Shown here: piece after piece, positions 44,030 through 56,374 of the stretch
Layout: every line of letters starts with the position of its first letter
Numbering within the stretch: the first letter of the stretch is position 1
DNA from: Octopus vulgaris
Taxonomy: Eukaryota
Reading direction: 5' to 3'
NCBI GenBank assembly: GCA_951406725.2
Contig: OX597830.1
Span: 43,276,001-43,340,000 of the forward strand
Length of the DNA stretch: 64,000 nucleotides
The notes under the pieces: model-generated
The model's database searches: none
The model's input: the letters and a program-made list of their open reading frames with translations, nothing else
Told to the model about the DNA's origin: nothing
Made by a program: the position numbers and the translations under genes

Positions 44030-44580
44030 TTCTTTTTATTGGTCACAAGGGCTGACAAACATGATTGGAAAACATAAAGGGACAAAACAGGACGAAAGGT
44101 TACAAAAGGTTTTGTCCGTTTTTCGAAAGAAAAAAGTCCGTGTAAACACGCTTTATAACAACGAAAGAAATTCAACAATTTACAAAACTCCCAATAGAGG
44201 AGACGCTTCGAAAAAAAAGAATAGGTCTCACGTGGAAAAACCCATAAAAGCCACGGGAGCCTGGTCAGAAAAGGGGGGGTAGAGAGCCCCTTTCTCCTTT
44301 TATAATACCTTTTTCAATTACAGGCGAAACCTCAGAATTGGTCCATTTACACTGGCCATTCTTGCACAATTCACCCACCTTTCAGAAAACTTGCTATCAG
44401 ACAGCATTCTCCTCTCTAACATCCTCTTCCTTTTCAAGTGAAACTTGAAAAAGTTGATGAGGCCTTGACCAAAGAGGAAAGTGTCTGACTTTAGCCCTTT
44501 CAAATGGGTCCACCATACAACCTCTTTTGCCACAGCGACTAGGCATAGGAAAACGGCCTTGCCCTCCTTGTTAAAGGAGA
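44030..44580 (-). mobile_element. Tx1-like LINE 3' end (ORF2 C-terminus plus 3' UTR)
   Basis: KEVVWWTHLKGLK..LINFFKFHLKRK matches 3914-4110 of the Tx1 remnant. Confidence 0.85.
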
Positions 44581-44950
44581 AAGAAAGCAAACGATGCTGG
44601 ATCATAAATATAGCAAGCCCTGCTGACAACAAGGTATGCGATAAGGAAGAAAGAAAGTTGATAGATATGACAGGTTAGTTTGGGAGGTAAAGCAGTTGTG
44701 GTCGATGAAAAAGGTGGTAGTAGTACCAGTAATTGTTGGAGCCCTGGGTACAGTGAGTAAAAATCTTGAGAAATACATTGAACAAATACGGGCTGCAATA
44801 AGGGTGGAACACTTGCAGAAATCAGCACTGCTTGGAACCGCTTGAATACTCCGGATGGAGCTCGAAAAATAAGAGGTGCTACTTTAGTTCACTGGTAGTG
44901 AACAGCTGACACCGTAGTACATTTCCAGCATTAGAAGCCATGCAAAGACA
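44577..44950 (+). mobile_element. R4/Dong-type LINE 3' fragment (third family)
   Basis: CWIINIASPADNKV..LWSMKKVVVVPVIVGALG..LQKSALLGTA, followed by (AAT)n. Confidence 0.85.
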
Positions 44951-44953
44951 ATA

Positions 44954-45025
<72 letters not shown>

Positions 45026-45041
45026 TATTATTATTATTATT

Positions 45042-45070
<29 letters not shown>

Positions 45071-45072
<2 letters not shown>

Positions 45073-46618
45073 TAAGTACCTAGGGGTAATTGAAGGGGAC
45101 GAAATAAGGCATTCAGAGATGAAGGAAAGGATCAGGAGAGAATGTTATCGAAGAGTGAGAGCAATACTCAAGACAGAGCTGAATGCAAGAAGCAGGATCG
45201 AAGCGATCAACGCATTAGCCATACCAGTCGTGACTTACAGTTTCAACATCGTTAACTGGTCAATTACTGAAATATGTCAGCTCGACAGAAAAATACGAAA
45301 ACTGTTGACAATGCATAGGATGCACCACCCTAAGGCAAATACAGAACGACTTTATCTGCCAAGAAAAGAGGGAGGCCGTGGTCTTTTACAACTGGCAATA
45401 ACAATGAAGATTGCTACAATTGGTCTAGACACTTACCTGAAAAAGTCTGAGGACTGGATGTTAAAACTTGTCTCAAAACATGAAAACAAGAAAGCATCAT
45501 ACTCAGTAACAAAACAGGCAAAGGAATATCTAAGTGAATTCCGAATACAACAAATTTCGGAATTAGAGATAGACATACAAGAAACAAGCACAGAAAAAGC
45601 TAAGCGCATGAAAACCCGTGCCAAAACTGCGGCCTTAGATATTCTGAATAATAAATGGCAAGAAAAACCTCTCTATGGCAAATACCCAAAGAGAGCGAAT
45701 AATGCAGATATTGACAAAACCCTGACCCATCAATGTCTGATGGCCTCTGGCTTAAAATCTGAAACAGAAGGGTTTATCATAGCAGCTCAAGATCAATGCC
45801 TACCAACAAGAAACTACCAGGCCAACATATTAAAGAACGGCAGTAGCCCAACATATCGTGTATGTCGACAACAAAATGAAACCATTGATCATGTTGTCTC
45901 CAAATGCAGTCTTCTAGCGCCTACAGAGTACCTCAACAGGCATGATAGAGCTGCACAATATATTCACTGGGTAATTTACAAAAACTTGGATTTGCCCCAT
46001 GAAAAAAACTGGTGGGAACACAATCCACCTCCAGTGCTTAAAAATGACCACATCTCACTCCTCTGGAACTTCACCATTCAAACTGACAGAAAGATAGATG
46101 CAAATAGGCCAGACATCATATTGAAAGACTTCAGACAAAGAACATGCCTCCTCATTGATATGACTGTCCCAATCGATATAAACGTATCTGTCAAGACCTA
46201 CCAAAAACTGAGCAAATATAAAGATCTTGAAATAGAAATCAGCAAAATGTGGAACCTCAAGACTAAAACAATACCTGTTGTCATAGAGGCCCTGGGAATG
46301 ATAGCGAAAGGGGTTGATTGCTACCTAACTCAGATACCAGGAAACCCCAAAATGGCAGAAATTCAAAAGATAGTGCTCATGGGAACTGCTCATATCCTAC
46401 GCAAAATACTCTCTATGTAATCCCAAGGTTTAAAACAAACTTTTTTTTAAAAATTTATTTATTAGACATTCACTAGTACAACACCCCCAAAAAATATATA
46501 TATATATGGCACACTAGGCATAACAACAATGTGAACTTCCAACCTGTTGTCTCTTGAGGTCTCTGGGTGAGACTTGGAGCCAACTTGTACAAACATAAAG
46601 CAAAAGTCAAACATAAAA
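45071..46618 (+). mobile_element. 5'-truncated R4/Dong-type LINE inserted in (AAT)n
   Basis: Starts at the RT KYLG motif; (AAT)n on both sides; 3' UTR 46421-46618. Confidence 0.93.
45119..46420 (+). CDS. Open C-terminal part of an R4/Dong ORF: RT thumb, zinc knuckle, REL endonuclease (truncated, probably not expressed)
   Basis: YRVC..ETIDHVVSKC (first Cys lost), RHD, NRPDIIL..LIDMTVP..KLSKY. Confidence 0.85.
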   Translation: MKERIRRECYRRVRAILKTELNARSRIEAINALAIPVVTYSFNIVNWSITEICQLDRKIRKLLTMHRMHHPKANTERLYLPRKEGGRGLLQLAITMKIATIGLDTYLKKSEDWMLKLVSKHENKKASYSVTKQAKEYLSEFRIQQISELEIDIQETSTEKAKRMKTRAKTAALDILNNKWQEKPLYGKYPKRANNADIDKTLTHQCLMASGLKSETEGFIIAAQDQCLPTRNYQANILKNGSSPTYRVCRQQNETIDHVVSKCSLLAPTEYLNRHDRAAQYIHWVIYKNLDLPHEKNWWEHNPPPVLKNDHISLLWNFTIQTDRKIDANRPDIILKDFRQRTCLLIDMTVPIDINVSVKTYQKLSKYKDLEIEISKMWNLKTKTIPVVIEALGMIAKGVDCYLTQIPGNPKMAEIQKIVLMGTAHILRKILSM

Positions 46619-46717
46619 TAATAATAATAATAATAAATGCCCTGAAACCGTACCAGGCAGTGGCTCTCATGGCTTCTGAATTTAACTGATTGGAAGTGTT
46701 ATCATGTACATTGTTTT

Positions 46718-46970
46718 GAACTCAGAACGTAGCGGCAGACTAAATACTACCCACAAGGGGCTAAACACAGAGGGGACAAACAAGGACAGACAAACGGATT
46801 AAGTCGATTACATCGACTCCAGTGCGTAACTAGTACTCAATTTATCGACCCCGAAAGGATGAAAGGCAAAGTCGACCTCGGCGAAATTTGAACTCAGAAC
46901 GTAACGGCAGACGAAATACCGCAAAGCATTTCGCCCGGCGTGCCAACGATTCTGCCAGCTCACCGCCTTA
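46718..46970 (-). mobile_element. SINE-A, Tx1-tailed, joined to a second SINE-A stub at the recurrent site
   Basis: ..TTGTGGGTAG|TATTTAGTCTGCCG. Confidence 0.8.
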
Positions 46971-47496
46971 TAGCTCTTTAAGTGAAAATATTTCTTTGAG
47001 GCCCCTCTTGCATGATACACAGTTTAGCGTGAAATGAAATTTGCGAGATTTCTGTAGGTTCACTTCAACGAAACCCTCGTTCTTTTTCGTCTAAACAGAA
47101 ATTTATAACATTTCTGTTGGTTGACGTCCGCGAAATCCTGTCAATTAAATATTATCTCAGGCAATATAATAATTATCTTAGTTCTAACAAGAAATATTAA
47201 TATTGTTAGAGCTTGCTTTAAGCTCACCCTCTACCATTTCTGGCAGCCAGTGATGCTCAACAAGTCGAACTGTTACTGTTGCTATCACCACTAGTGCTGC
47301 CACTGCTGCTGCCGCTACTGCTGTTGTCGCCGCTACTGCTGCTGGCGCTGCGTTTCCATACATATACAATAAACTGCTGTAGTTACCGTTATCGCAAAAA
47401 CGTTCATCTCTTTTAGTTGTTCTGACATTTCATTCCTATGCAATGATATTTACCATCACCTGTTGTCTGTCTGTATTCCCCCCCTCTCTCTCTCTG

Positions 47497-47532
<36 letters not shown>

Positions 47533-47912
47533 CTCTCTCTCTCTCTCTCTCTGTAGAATAAAGACGGAGACAAAAACAGTGGAGCGTTGCTTTTTTATTG
47601 CTGTTTAACTCAAAGTCACCCCCGCTGGTGCAGAGATCTATGACCAACAGCAATCCAACAAAGACCACCACCCCTTTTATTTTTCGTTCAGATATTTGGT
47701 TTTCTTTCAGTGGCAATAATGAGAATTCATTGTAGAATTATATGAATTCCTACTTGTGAAATTGTTTCGTTTTCTATAGACACGTGTTGTCTTTCATCAG
47801 AATTCTCAGACCGAACCACTCTGAGACAATTTTCCACAAGACTGGGAATTTTGAATTATAGAATACAATCCACACACACAGGCACCGGGAAGGAATACAA
47901 GGATAGACAGAC

Positions 47913-48057
<145 letters not shown>

Positions 48058-48296
48058 TTATGGAGATGTACTTGCATGGCAAGTGACTTGATCTGAGATC
48101 GTGTGCTGAAACGAAAACGATTGCAGCGTGGAAGGTATTTGTAAGCCATTCAAAAGCATACAAATACCTTTAGTTTCACTTCAACATTTAAATTTCATTT
48201 GTGTCAAAATATTTTTGTCGCTTTGAAACTGCGACCTGCTCATTGACAAAACTTGGTGCTGTGAATGGCTTACAAATATCTTCCACGCTGCAAATG

Positions 48297-48328
<32 letters not shown>

Positions 48329-48479
48329 TGTATGTATGTATGTATGTATGTATGTATGTATGTATGTATAAAAAACAAAATAGAATGAAAAAAACTATAG
48401 AAGACTTGTGTGTAGTGACATTGTTTTTGGAAAATAACCGGTTTCGTATTTTCTTCCCAAATTTCTCAAATTTCTTTAC

Positions 48480-49290
48480 AGATATTGTATCATTTCTTCG
48501 CTACGGTGTGATGTAGGGGAATTCCAAACAGGGGAAGGTAATCATGAATTTTTCGGCTTAAGGGAGATAATAAAAAATGTTGGGAATGATTAGGTTTTCT
48601 TAATTTAACATGATTCGGTTCTGGTAGAATAAAATGTTACAAGTGGTTAAGTTTTGCTTTATATTTTTCAATGAGGTAAATTTACTTATTTAAGAATGAT
48701 AGAAATGGTTAAGTTTTGGCTTATATTTTCAATGAGTAGGTTTCCTTATTTAATCTAACTTGTGTTGGTGTTCCAATGACACATTGAAAAATGGAAAGGT
48801 TACAAATTGTAGTAGCAGTTGCTTTGCGCATCTCTCAACGTGTTCATTAAAGGGTATCATTCTGTATTCTGGGAATGCAATCTACTGTCGGTGCAAAGTG
48901 CATCTGCGTTTGAGTGATAATCCCGTGGACCCTATGTAGTATTGGTGGCAGCCCGAGCATCTTATAACATAAATCAGGTTTCTGAGGCACAATATTTTGA
49001 ATTTTTATCCCGCTTTAAAAAGGAATTCTGGTCCTTTTTAGAAGGTTTGGGCGTGTTGCGCAATTTGGTAGACCACATTTTTTCACTTTTGCGTCTTTTA
49101 TTTTAGAAAATAATTTTGCCTTTATGAGGATCTTTTTTAGTGATTTCGGTTGTTGGCTTTTAATGATCTTATATGTGTGTAAAATTTCCTTTAATTTGGG
49201 GTCCTAATGCACCATTGGTAGATTTTGGGTGATGATGGTGAAGGCTTCTTTGTTTCTGAGGTTGTATGTGGATATGTATGGTAGTATTTT
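48480..49290 (-). pseudogene. Penelope-like element fragment (GIY-YIG endonuclease)
   Basis: LPYISTYN..PKSLKKIL..NLIYVIRCSGCHQYYIGSTG..RLNKETY. Confidence 0.88.
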
Positions 49291-49751
49291 CGGGAAAGGT
49301 GTGCTGCAGTTCCGAAGCAACAGTTCGGAAGTTAAGTCTGCGATAGATTAGCTTCTCGTTTACGCGACCGGTTTGGGCTGCGGCTTGATGATGCGCTTTG
49401 TAGGTTTGTGGCAGACTTGAGACTACGATTATAAAGGCGTAGAACTAAAGGCATTAATTAACCTGCTCATTGCAATTCTGCGAGCTAGTATCTAACCGTT
49501 AACGTAAACACGGAAACACGCAAGGCTTTTGACTTATTCGATACCAGATCAGCCCCGTTCAAAGACGTTTCAATTAAATCGTCACCATCTCGTCCTTTTG
49601 TTTTCCTATGACTACATTATCCAATATATCCAATATATGTATGACAGCAGAGTAAAAATTGATGGAGATTTGACTATTGTTTTCAGCCAGTCGATAGTCT
49701 ACACTGATATCCCCAAATGGGCATGAATTTATAGAGCATTGTAGAGGTTTA

Positions 49752-50115
49752 GGTACTTTTTATCCCAATAAAAAAATGGGTTATGTCCCCCAACTAAAAA
49801 AAATGTTTAGCCCTCAATAAAACCAAAAAAAAAAAAGAAAAAATTAATAAACATGAAAAGCAAAAAGATTAAACATTTTAATGAATTTGATAATATTTTT
49901 ATAACACATCATACAAAACTGAAAAAATGAAACATCTTATTGAATCTGATAACATTTTTGTAACAAATCATAGCATTCCTATTGAGGAGGCCAAATGTCA
50001 ACAATGTGCTGAAGTATCGAATCAAAAGGATCTCTTTTAATCCAACCTCTTGTCGCCACGTAAACTCAACTTTTTAGTGGGGAGATAACCCAATTTTTTT
50101 ATGGCAAAAAGTACC
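49752..50115. mobile_element. MITE with ~45-bp imperfect TIRs
   Basis: GGTACTTTTT..ATAAAAAAATGGGTTATGTCCCC..ACTAAAAA / TTTTTAGTGGGGAGATAACCCAATTTTTTAT..AAAAAGTACC. Confidence 0.8.
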
Positions 50116-50623
50116 AAAAAGTACTGACGTTTCAATTATGTCGTCACCATCTCGTCTTTTCGTTTGCCTATGATTACATTATTCAATATTTCCTTGTCCT
50201 TTTTTTTTTGTTTTTGTACGACAGCAGAGTAAAATTTGATGGAGATTTGACTATTGTTTTCAGCCAGTCGATAGTCAACACTGATACTCCCAAATTGGCT
50301 TGAACTCATAGAGCTTTGTAGAGGTTTATTGCAAATTATACAGACCATTATTCCGTAATGCACGTAGAAGTAACCAGTGGCTGTTAGCTGTTATACAAGA
50401 CAGACATCAACAAAAGCTGAATTTTGACGTCGACGGCGTGTCAGCGTTCACTCGGGCAAAGACACGTAAACAGTCAGTGGTTTGCATATGAAGTGGAAGT
50501 TTGAACTTTTCAACCCTGAGGTATCTTAGTGCTGACGCTCTCTCTCCCTCCCTCTCCCTCCCTCTCCCTCTCTCTATCCCCTTTATTTACTCACTGATTT
50601 TTGTGTGTGTGTGTGCGTGTGCT

Positions 50624-50732
<109 letters not shown>

Positions 50733-50969
50733 GTGTGTATAGAATTGGATCAATCTAGGAATCTTGTCGAAGAGATTGAACACATATAATCATAGTGAAA
50801 TGTAACGATTATAGACGTGGAAAGGACTTGGACCAATTCAAAGGCTTTTGTTACCAGAGAAAAAATGAAAGGACCCCGCTAGGGTGTAAGGTTGTGATAA
50901 AACTAACTCCCACCGCCATTGTTATCTCTGCCGCTTCATCCTAAAGAAGCAGCAACAGCAGTAGTAGTG

Positions 50970-51036
<67 letters not shown>

Positions 51037-53559
51037 AGGCAGTTGTACCGATATCTTACAAGCGTGTGAGATCAACAGCGCCCTTCCATGTAAAATGTTT
51101 AAATACATGAGAATATAAAAATATGTGGACATTTTTAGTCGTCATTTTTGCGTGTCCCATAGAAGTGCTCCTACTCGTAGCATTTAAACTGGTCCTATGC
51201 GGTCTAAATATTCAGTTTGTTTTTAAGTTCCAACTTGTCCGATCCGGCCTCTCACACCAGCTCTGTAATGTCTTTCTAAGAATTAAACAATCACATTATC
51301 GAAATCGCGAAGCTACAAGATAATGCATGATTAATTCAAAACAACGGAGCCGTAATAGGCGCAGGCGTGGCTGTGTGGTAAGAGGTTTGCTGCACAACCA
51401 CATGGTACTGGGTTCAGTTCCACTACATGACATCTTGGGCAGGTGACTTCTACAATTGCCTCGGCCTGACCAAAGCCTTGTGAATGGATTTGGTTGGTGG
51501 AAACTAAAAGAAGCTAGTTATATATATATATGCGCGCGCGTGTATGTGTTTGTCTCTTCACTACTGCTTGATAACCAGTGTTGGTGTGTTTACGTCCCCG
51601 TTCGACAAAGGAAACCGATAGAGTAAGTACCAAGCTCAAAAAAATCCAAGTTGGTGCCCCAGCATGGTTGTAGTCTAATGGCTGAAACAAGAAAAAATTA
51701 CCTTTGACAGAGATAGATAGATACTTAGGGATGAATTCGACCCGTTACTGTTTCTGAGAATTCAATAACAGCACAAATAGCGAAATATTATTTTATCAAC
51801 CTTGATATTGCGAATCATGCTTATCGACAGCCATGAAACGTTCTATTACATTTTAAATAAAAGATTGCATCGGATTCTCTTTGAAACCAGCCTGGTTTCC
51901 TGCACTGAAAGGACATTGTTATGAGCCTATAACAATGTGGTCCGATCCAGACATCTAACAGGTATATTGAAATATATTTCAGAAGGAGTTTAAAGATTTA
52001 AAATATACATAAAACAACGAGATAGATGGGTCTATAACTTTTGATTAAAGATTGAAATATAAACGTGGAGTGTCAGTTAAAGATTGTTACTTCCAGCTAT
52101 TTTACCAAAACATATATTCAGAAATTCTGAATATAACACTCTTATTTGTTTCTTATTTGATTTTATTCTTATTTGTTCTCTGTTTTAATTCCATTTTTTT
52201 TTAATTGTTTTCTGCTTTTTTTTAATGCAGTAAACATTTTTATAAAGAAACATTGATTTATTAAAATGCTTCGATTATACGGTAGAGTTTAAATGGAGAA
52301 CTATTGATATGTTGGTGGCTAAATTAATGCAGCGCGCGCGCGTGTGTGTGTGAGCTGGTGTAAGACTGTTTCTTGGATTTCTTTAACGTTGAAAAAAAGG
52401 TTTAAAGAAATGTTTTAGGTGTTTCGTTCTTCTACACGTAAGCGATGAAAGAAGTAAAAGAAACAAGATAGAATAATTTGGTAAATGCTTGAAATAAATG
52501 CAATGTAGGCGGAACAAACTCCTCCAGCCTCGCCAAGAGTCACTCTCGTTCCACTTCTGACAGATCCACAGCACGCTCATCCAATGCACTTGAGAGACTG
52601 CACGAACAGAAGCGGAAAAGATTTTGCTGCAGACAGCCTACACATATTAGCAATATATATTTCGATATAAGCTCACTGACCTTATACCTATGTAGAGATA
52701 GCTATTCTTACGCATCGTCAGACTAACTGCATTTCATGGTAATATTACTAAGCGGTGAACTGGCAGAAACGTTAGCACGCCGGGCGAAATGCTCCGCGGT
52801 ATTTGGTCTGTCTTTACGTTCTGAGTTCAAATTCCACTGAGGTTGTCTTTGCCTTTCATCTTTTTTGGGGTCGATAAATTAAGTATCAGTTGCGTACTGG
52901 GGTCAATCTAACCGACTGGCCTCCTCCCACCCCACCAAATTTTGGGCCTTGTTCCTAGAGTAAAAAAGAATATTAGTAATCCATGGGTTTGGAGATTAGT
53001 CATAATTCGCAAACTCTGCGTCATCTGATAAAGGTCTTGAGTTCTTCCTCGTCGGCTCCCTGAATACTCTTAAAGTTAGCTACTCATAACCTCTCTTAAC
53101 ACATCTTTCAAAGGAAGATATCAATGAATATTCAGCCAAAATCATTGTCCAGCTGATGGAGGACGTAGAGTATCAGACCGGAAGTGTTTGTGTGTGTGTT
53201 AATAGAATTGTTGACGCGTAACTATCTTGCGATGTCCTTTCTGTATCTTTGCGTTCTGAGTTCAAATCTCACCGATGTCAAATTTGTCTTGCATCTCTCC
53301 AGGATCGATAAAATAAAGTACCAGTGAAATCCTGGGGATCATTGATATCGAATAAACCCCTTCTCTTAATTACTATTCTTGTGATTGAGTACGAAACAAT
53401 TAGTTTTTAAGTGTCGTCTAGAATGTTCACAGTACGTTTATCTTGTACACGTGAAAGCTAATTCATGCAGAATGGCGGGAAATTAATAATACTAATAGTA
53501 CTAATACTTAATTGATATTTAATTGTAGGGTAATTATAAGCTACTTGATATCACGTGAT

Positions 53560-53780
53560 CATCGTATCTAGTGGTGACAAAAATCCGGCTGTGTAATAGC
53601 ATATAGTTCCCCAGATAGTTCTCTATGCCAGTGAGGCATACGAGAGACCCGTGAAAGTAGACAGAAAAGTAAATGTGTTCCACCAAAGATGCTTGGAAAG
53701 GATTCTGAGAACATACTCGAGAGAACAGGAATAACTGATACGGATATTGAACTCGGTGAACAGGGAACAAGTGATGATGA
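53560..53780 (+). pseudogene. RTE-clade LINE fragment
   Basis: TKIRLCNSI..IVLYASEAY..VNVFHQRCLERIL. Confidence 0.7.
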
Positions 53781-54321
53781 TATATATAAACTAATGAAAA
53801 ACAAAAAGATGACCCATTCAGTATCTCCAAAAGTGACTCTGTTATCAGATATTTACTGGGAAAGGGTTTATTTTTCCTCTTTCAGGTAATTGTAGAAGCT
53901 AGTTAATGTTTGTCAAATTTTGAATAACATTTCTATTATGATTTCTGATGGAATTCACTTCACTCATGTTGTTGCACAATGAACAGGACTTACCTCTCTT
54001 GCGGCTGTTCTTTAAGGTACTGCGTGCAGATACTCCAATGTTCGTTTTCTGATCTTATTACTCTGATCTTATTACTGCCCTCTTTTGTCTGGCGCACCGC
54101 CGATTCTGCTCGCCCGCTGTCTTGATAATAATGGTTTCAAACTTTTTCACAAGGACAGCAAGTTTGGGGTGGGGGTAAATCGATTACATCAACCCCGGAG
54201 TTCAACTGGTACTTATTTTATTGATCCCGAAAGGCTGAAAGGCAAGTGGACCTCGGTTGAATCAGAACATAAAGACGAAATGCTGCTAAGCACGTTTGTC
54301 TGATTCTGCCTGCTCGCTACC

Positions 54322-54398
<77 letters not shown>

Positions 54399-54399
<1 letters not shown>

Positions 54400-54944
54400 G
54401 TACCAAGCAGTGACTCTCATGGCTTCTGATCTTAACTGATTGGGAGTGTTATCAAGTACATTGCTTTGTCTTGGTATACAAGATGGGCTACAACAAATAT
54501 TCTGCTCAGTACCCCAGATTTGCTTGTCAGTTGCTTGACCATAGCCAGTTGAGCATTCCCTTGGTGGCTGACAATATGTGCATCTCTGCTCACTAGCAGA
54601 ATTAGTGGGGGAGCATCATAGCCATGTGTTAAGCTGAATTCTTTGGGTTTGAATAATTCACCTCTGGAAATATGGGTGTTTCGTTCAACCGCTTTAAACA
54701 ACCCTTATTCAGGGACCTTTTGAGCAGGATGGATTACTCAATCTGACGAAAATTCTAACTGGGCGCCACCTGTAAGGTACTGCGCTGTTAATTTTGATAT
54801 GAGATCACTATATCACACACATATGGTTGTGATGCATGTGCCTAGTGTGCCCTTATCAGACGGGTGGGTAGTCATGATGGATATATTGGGCTTTGCATAT
54901 TTTACCTGAGTGTCACTTTGATGGCATGCACTGCTCTCTCACTC
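54399..54944 (+). mobile_element. AAT-555 element, nearly full length
   Basis: (AAT)n on both sides. Confidence 0.9.
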
Positions 54945-54999
<55 letters not shown>

Positions 55000-55239
55000 G
55001 TTTCAAATTTTGCCACAAGGGCAGCCATTTTGAGGGAGGGATGTGTCGATTACATCGGCCGCAGTGTTCAACTAGTATTTGATTTATCGACCCCGAAAGG
55101 ATGAATGGTAAAGTCAACTTCAGCGGAATGGGAACTCAGAACGTAGCGGCAGACGAAATACCGCTAAGCATTTCGCCCAGCGAGCTAACGATTCTACCAG
55201 CTCACCGCCTTAATAATAATAATAATGATAATAATTAAT

Positions 55240-55455
55240 TCTTTTATTGGCCACAAGGGCTAACATAAAACAACATTAAAGGACATACAGTAACATTGAA
55301 AGACAAAAACCAGACGATACAATGGGTTTTAACGCCTGTAAACATTAAGAATAACAATGAAAAATTTAACAATAAAATCTCCCAATAGGGGGGAGGTGCT
55401 TTAAAGGTCCTCGTGGAAAACCCCACAAAAGCCACGGGTGCCTGATCAACAGCAA
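55240..55455 (-). mobile_element. Tx1-like LINE 3' UTR fragment
   Basis: Shares CTCCCAATAG, CGTGGAAAA, AAAAGCCACGGG and the terminus with 44030-44270. Confidence 0.7.
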
Positions 55456-55539
55456 TCACAATACAATAAATGGCAGAATTCCTTTACTGATTAGCTGGCA
55501 CCGACATTTCGCTGGCATTTCAAAAGTGTAGCATGAAAG

Positions 55540-56170
55540 TTACCAGCATGTGGTGAAAAAATATCCTCGTTTCAAACAGATATTTCCTCAGCCGCCTATT
55601 GTAGCATTTAGACGGAATAAGAATATAAAAGAATTATTGACCTCTATATCTGACTCCAAGAAAACGAACATTGGAGTATCTGCACGCAGTACCTTAAAGA
55701 ACAGCCGCAAGAGAGGTAAGTCCTGTTCATTGTGCAACAACATGAGTGAAGTGAATTCCATCAGAAATCATAATAGAAATGTTATGATTTATACAGAAGG
55801 TGGAACAAGTAAAGATGCCCATTTGGTATACGCTGCAGAATGCACGAAACACAATAAGATGACAGGAGAATATCATCAAATTTATACAAAACTGTTAGAT
55901 TAAATATTCTTCTTTCTCTCTTTTTCTTTCCTTTCTGTCTGTCGTCTTCTTTTTTCTGTTTTTTTTTTGTCTTTTTCTTTTCGCCTGTTATAAAATTGTA
56001 ACTTAAAAACTGATGATGCCATTCCGTTCATACTTTACGTTTAAATTTCTATAATTTTGAATTTTTATCACTTCTTATTTTGAACTTGACAAAGACAGAC
56101 GTACTGTTGAAATATCGTTCAACTCATAAAATATCCTACAATCGAATCGCGCTCTTCGTCCTGACTGTTT
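55540..56170 (+). pseudogene. Penelope-like element fragment
   Basis: FKQIFPQPPIVAFRRNKNIKELL..CSLC..LVYAAEC (linker and start of GIY-YIG); CTGATGA box at ~56010. Confidence 0.75.
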
Positions 56171-56204
56171 ACCTTTGTGAAGAGTTACGTCAATCCTTTT
56201 TAAA

Positions 56205-56302
<98 letters not shown>

Positions 56303-56305
56303 TTA

Positions 56306-56371
<66 letters not shown>

Positions 56372-56374
<3 letters not shown>

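Noticed and set aside
56005-56125. Hammerhead in the Penelope 3' region
   Set aside because: Boxes are ~90 nt apart and I could not pair the stems.
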